In this document: piece by piece, positions 61,201-64,000 of the stretch
Layout of the letters: every line of letters begins with the position of its first letter
How positions within the stretch are numbered: position 1 is the stretch's first letter
Position numbers and translations under genes: made by a program
Source: Botryllus schlosseri
Lineage: Eukaryota
Length of the DNA: 64,000 nucleotides
Direction of reading: 5' to 3'
NCBI GenBank assembly: GCA_051294905.1
Contig: CM119373.1
Coordinates: 31,062,001-31,126,000 of the forward strand
Notes under the pieces: generated by a model
What the model saw: the letters and a program-made list of their open reading frames with translations, nothing else
Told to the model about the DNA's origin: nothing
The model's database searches: none

Positions 61201-61689
61201 ACTAAATCAACGTCAATGCTTTCATCAGGTGACTATCAGAGCGATCCCACATCAGTAAGTAAAAATGATGTGATCAGAAGTTGGAAGAGTACTTCCAATA
61301 GTGCACTTTCTTCAATTACACCCTCTATCGAAGAAGAAGGAAAAACTACACTCAGTATACCGCATACCTTACCTACGGCCAGATATGACAGATTGGACCG
61401 AATTACATTTGACTTCTATGGACGATTGCACAAACTACACGAAATAGAACAAGGATATGCATCAGGTAACATTATTGTGGATATTAACAATAGAAAGGAT
61501 TTAGAAGAATCACTTAACAATTATGTCTTGATTTTTGCGGTTAGCGTAACAACAATGGTAGGATGTATGTATCTTTGTTATGCGAAATGCGGGAGAGTTG
61601 CAGCAAAACATTATCTTAAAAAGGTTGTTCGGCGGAATAACCAAAAGACGTATATTACAGCAGTAACATTGCATGAAAAACTGAGATAG
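58207..61689 (+). CDS. Type-I membrane glycoprotein with Cys-patterned head and Ser/Thr mucin-like stalk (1160 aa); putative attachment protein
   Basis: Signal peptide MNRYLKLWIVLAVALTL; head shares motifs with the upstream glycoprotein; Thr/Ser-rich ~59900-61380; TM YVLIFAVSVTTMVGCMYLCYA (61522-61584); short basic tail. Confidence 0.8.
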   Translation: MNRYLKLWIVLAVALTLHRGYLQTHGQLLPLSAMSVRLAFNLTGWTTFRYQGLRYIRLNRLFKLNESWPIGETENNFPIYEETPKFGPTRASQDQLYKLFAPSGSDKRYWNDVRQYERECGCNRKLSRISPDITLAAFTRTTTYRRKNNFGLVHTWKYVVGREEHGTMAVPGPILRMISPNATPQVTIHQLLTVYKLSVMNILAQYATVTARCQQRFEEIAGWRVNKGEFNVCVHGEDNQMQCIGCSFYTEDLAVNILSRDFVVMEIDNSIRGLGTRMQETYSYSQWPAGVKLPRLHHDIVWLKARNETGPRERPANFDGHTWFRLRIYALREHLNNDTQRIMGKRNFPTMLQGSIECERKKNQKVCRNSIGSLKTALAFKEVLYDPYTNQPVYADHSNGRLRIASPKPAGQESPLKAWPKSLPKCKQPGRLGDFILTASFKSNGQNTRNMDYYLARLGMYYVEATKRRLRQLSLPIYKMRRKLGRLDRSITGEEMESLSQALRSALTPQKLSRINEELLSYMSTRKLIEVQFHDIRIFRPSVAYTATICAGILVYTPYAYKDNNKIRTNSEMPLSTAESITTKAVNFEGTTRKVPSSSVMPRSNAEAITTRTVSYEGITREVPSSSETGIWVDITSVVATPEPAVTRVKTITITEENVRMTNQYDTNQYNYDYIEGYDEGISYAGYDDNTSFQDAGNYYYDYYDKDGEYNVLLKHRPIQIAYTTDSTNIIETTMALPMIETPTSIKNTQYTTELTTDTTISTPKTSAHTSDSITTTLSTAAITPHTGGLTSAIAISETTSSTSLPAILTTVHSSREDNTGPRPTTSIITFLTTVKTVSEQERRRTSPTDIFTTVEPSMAISAEMDTQKSIGIATTGVTFSESGLTTRVPMARSVKARLQWNTMTYQIPSKNGEMLGSLSVPIRKTSQITQIPESYIQLSHHANQIKDTTPPRAHFNMLFDTSQVATTVETHQYFVTSKSRSNTEPDNLNKKQDLQVRTKSTSMLSSGDYQSDPTSVSKNDVIRSWKSTSNSALSSITPSIEEEGKTTLSIPHTLPTARYDRLDRITFDFYGRLHKLHEIEQGYASGNIIVDINNRKDLEESLNNYVLIFAVSVTTMVGCMYLCYAKCGRVAAKHYLKKVVRRNNQKTYITAVTLHEKLR

Positions 61690-61994
61690 ATATTGTGAAA
61701 ATAATTACTGAATTATTGTAAAGGTAGAAGTTAGGGTTGTTATGTGTTGTGTTGTGTTCGGCCCGTTTTCACGGATTAGAGTCCATGTGAAATTAACTAT
61801 TAACCTAAATTTAATTCCGTTGAAATAACATAGTTTAAAAAAAATCATGCTGTATTTGTTTATGGAAGCCTAAAATTGTACGGAATTTGAGAATGTACGA
61901 GGCAAATTTGCGGTATTAACGGTGATTATACAATGACTATTATTGCGAAATACATAATTGCGAAATTTTCGGATGGTATTGCTAAGCCAAATCG

Positions 61995-62128
61995 GGATTA
62001 AGTAATGCAGTAGTGAGAAAATATGGAAGCAGTAAAAATGGTAGGATTGAGTAATACAGTAGTGAGTAAATATGGAAGCAGTAAAAATGGTAGGATTAAG
62101 TAATGCAGTAGTAAGTAAATATGGAAGC
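61995..62128. repeat. 49-bp tandem repeat, about 2.7 copies
   Basis: Units start at 61995, 62044 and 62093 (ggatt(a/g)agtaat(g/a)cagtagt...atatggaagcagtaaaaatggta). Confidence 0.95.
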
Positions 62129-62719
62129 GGGATGGCGTGATTTTTGTACATGTTGCAATAGCATATTGAAACGGCAAAATACGACCCCAATTGAGGGGTT
62201 GATCACGCCATTGCAAAACTCTTGCACAATAGGCCACAACTAATGGTGGGAAAGGAAGCGCTACAGTGGGTAATTGACGAACAGGAAATATTTAACTGCA
62301 GCAAAAGGGTGAAATTTGTCTGTAATGGGGGGCTTAATTATGCCTGAGTACAAAGGATAGCGACAAAAATTTGCTTGATGAATGTTCGGAAGGACGCCAA
62401 CCCCCTAATTTACGAAAATAGCAAATTGCTCGTGGTGATGGAGGGTGCATGCGCGTTAACGATCTTCCGCTCAAAAATGGATAAAACGCGGAGCGCAGGA
62501 ATGGAAAATCAGTTGACTCCACATCAAACTGTAAGGTGTTAGGGGAGTTGAGGGCTGGTAGCAGTTGGAAAGAAAATTTTTTTTTTTCAAATTAACAGCA
62601 ATAGGACATGCCATAATGATTGAAATATGGGCAAATATAATACGCAATGACAGAGACTTAGACTGTCCAGTTACGGATATCTAATCTCCGTGTGATAGTT
62701 AGCTTATCCATATATAGGT

Positions 62720-62870
62720 TGACACCAGTATTGGGGTGACTCGGGTCAAATGCTTTGAGTGGTTTGACCTGGAGCGGTTCGCTTACAGGGAACGAGTGTC
62801 TTGGCTTGACTCGGGTCGCATTGAGAGTCGATTGACTTGGACTTGACTCGAGTCAGAATGTGCGTTAACT
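62720..62870. repeat. GACTCG/GACTTG subterminal-type repeat of a host MITE family
   Basis: gactcgggtc and gacttgactcgagtc motifs as at 23.6-23.7, 47.4 and 48.3-48.5 kb; suggests a return to host-type repeats. Confidence 0.6.
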
Positions 62871-64000
62871 GGAAGTGACTGGTGTATCGAAGGTCGTGTT
62901 TTTGTCCCAGCACTAGTTGACACTCAACAAGTTTTGGTATGTCAAGAAAATAGACCTGAATATAACTTGGGTCATCATGGTACAGACTGCCAATATAATA
63001 TTATCGCGTGGAAACTGTATCAGTTATACCAAATGTTACTAAAAGTAGAAAAACTAATGCTCACCTTTCCATAAAGGGGAGAGAGAAAATCAACGTGGTA
63101 CTTATAGCTATGATATGAGACTTATATTGTGATCACTCGCTGCACTGATATCCTTATTATACAAAATTAAACACCCGATACTAATTCAATATAAACGCTG
63201 GTGTCTCACGGTTAGGATGATTAGGATTGCATGAGATAGCATGACATACGGATATAAGCGTAAAGTATACTATGAAATAGAATCACGACACGCCAAGCAC
63301 TCGCTCACTCATAATGTGGCCTGTGTCTAAAAAAGGTATGGATAATCCCTGCTAAAGACATTTGAAAATACAATCACTTGAGGCAAATAATGATAGTAGA
63401 TCTGGAATTTTAAGGTTTATAGTATCAGCCTGCTGTCAACGCGCTTTGCTACTGTAGTTGTTCTTTACATAACTTAAATCTAACAATATTGGGTAACATA
63501 GGCGCCAACTTACGGGATTACGAGGTGGTGCAGCCACCTCGTGACCACATTTGCGGGGTGGCGGTCACCTCGTACAAAATGCTCAAACGCTAAAGTGATT
63601 TGAGATTAGTAATCAGTAATCAGGTGAATCGATGCGACCTCGTTAGAGACGTCTTCGATTTCGGTATGCGCGTGTGCCAGGTGCAGCCACGGGGATTTCG
63701 GGGGTCGAACTTGTCTATTTTGAAACGCGAAACTCTGTCATTTTAAAATAATCATTGGAAATCTAATATTCAGCTGCAATTCAATAATTGTGTAATCAGT
63801 GTTCCGCGCGGCGGGTTTGCGAGAAACGTATTGTCAATTAGCGAGAGGTATCTGTGTTTATCTCCCGCTGAGATGGTCGCGAAATTAGATCATTCATTCC
63901 TGTGCGCATGGAAAACTTCGCAAGCCTGATTTATCGCGTCTAGATAAAGCCTGGTTTTGCAGGCCTAACAATCACATCTGCAATAGGCCCAGTTCCCACT

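Noticed and set aside
54547-61689. Endogenous retrovirus or LTR retrotransposon env locus
   Set aside because: No gag, protease, RT or integrase motifs, and no LTR pair or PBS/PPT recognisable; the adjacent enzyme is an ISXO2-type DDE transposase. A remote LTR-element origin of the env genes is not excluded.
61995-62128. 49-bp repeats as a CRISPR array
   Set aside because: Head-to-tail units without spacers.
54100-62720. Merlin TIR/TSD pair bounding the cassette
   Set aside because: I compared GG-starting left candidates with CC-ending right candidates by eye and found no convincing inverted repeat; this needs computation.

Overview
AT-rich, transposon-saturated animal genomic DNA; it looks invertebrate, but the taxon cannot be fixed from the sequence. 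Bases 1-50 kb are a segmentally duplicated array of small four-transmembrane CD20/MS4A-like genes. There are four near-complete intronless ORFs plus fragments, interleaved with many hAT-type non-autonomous elements (8-bp TSDs), a Penelope-like retroelement with inverted pseudo-LTRs and minimal hammerhead ribozymes, and a three-deep nest (hAT MITE > foldback > Merlin-like MITE). The standout is 51-62 kb. A hAT element, whose insertion point is defined by a paralogous empty site, carries a transposase with one nonsense codon. It lies head-to-head with an apparently intact, co-directional three-ORF cassette. The first ORF is a Merlin/ISXO2-type DDE transposase. The second is a viral class-I-like fusion glycoprotein (signal peptide, RRRRKR furin site, fusion peptide, heptads, TM). 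The third is a mucin-stalked type-I membrane glycoprotein that shares a Cys-patterned N-terminal domain with the second. No gag, pol or capsid gene is visible in the window. I know of no described Merlin-type DNA transposon carrying a fusion plus attachment glycoprotein pair, so this is the candidate novel system. Its termini could not be located by eye and may lie partly beyond base 64000. All family assignments are from motif recognition, not database searches.
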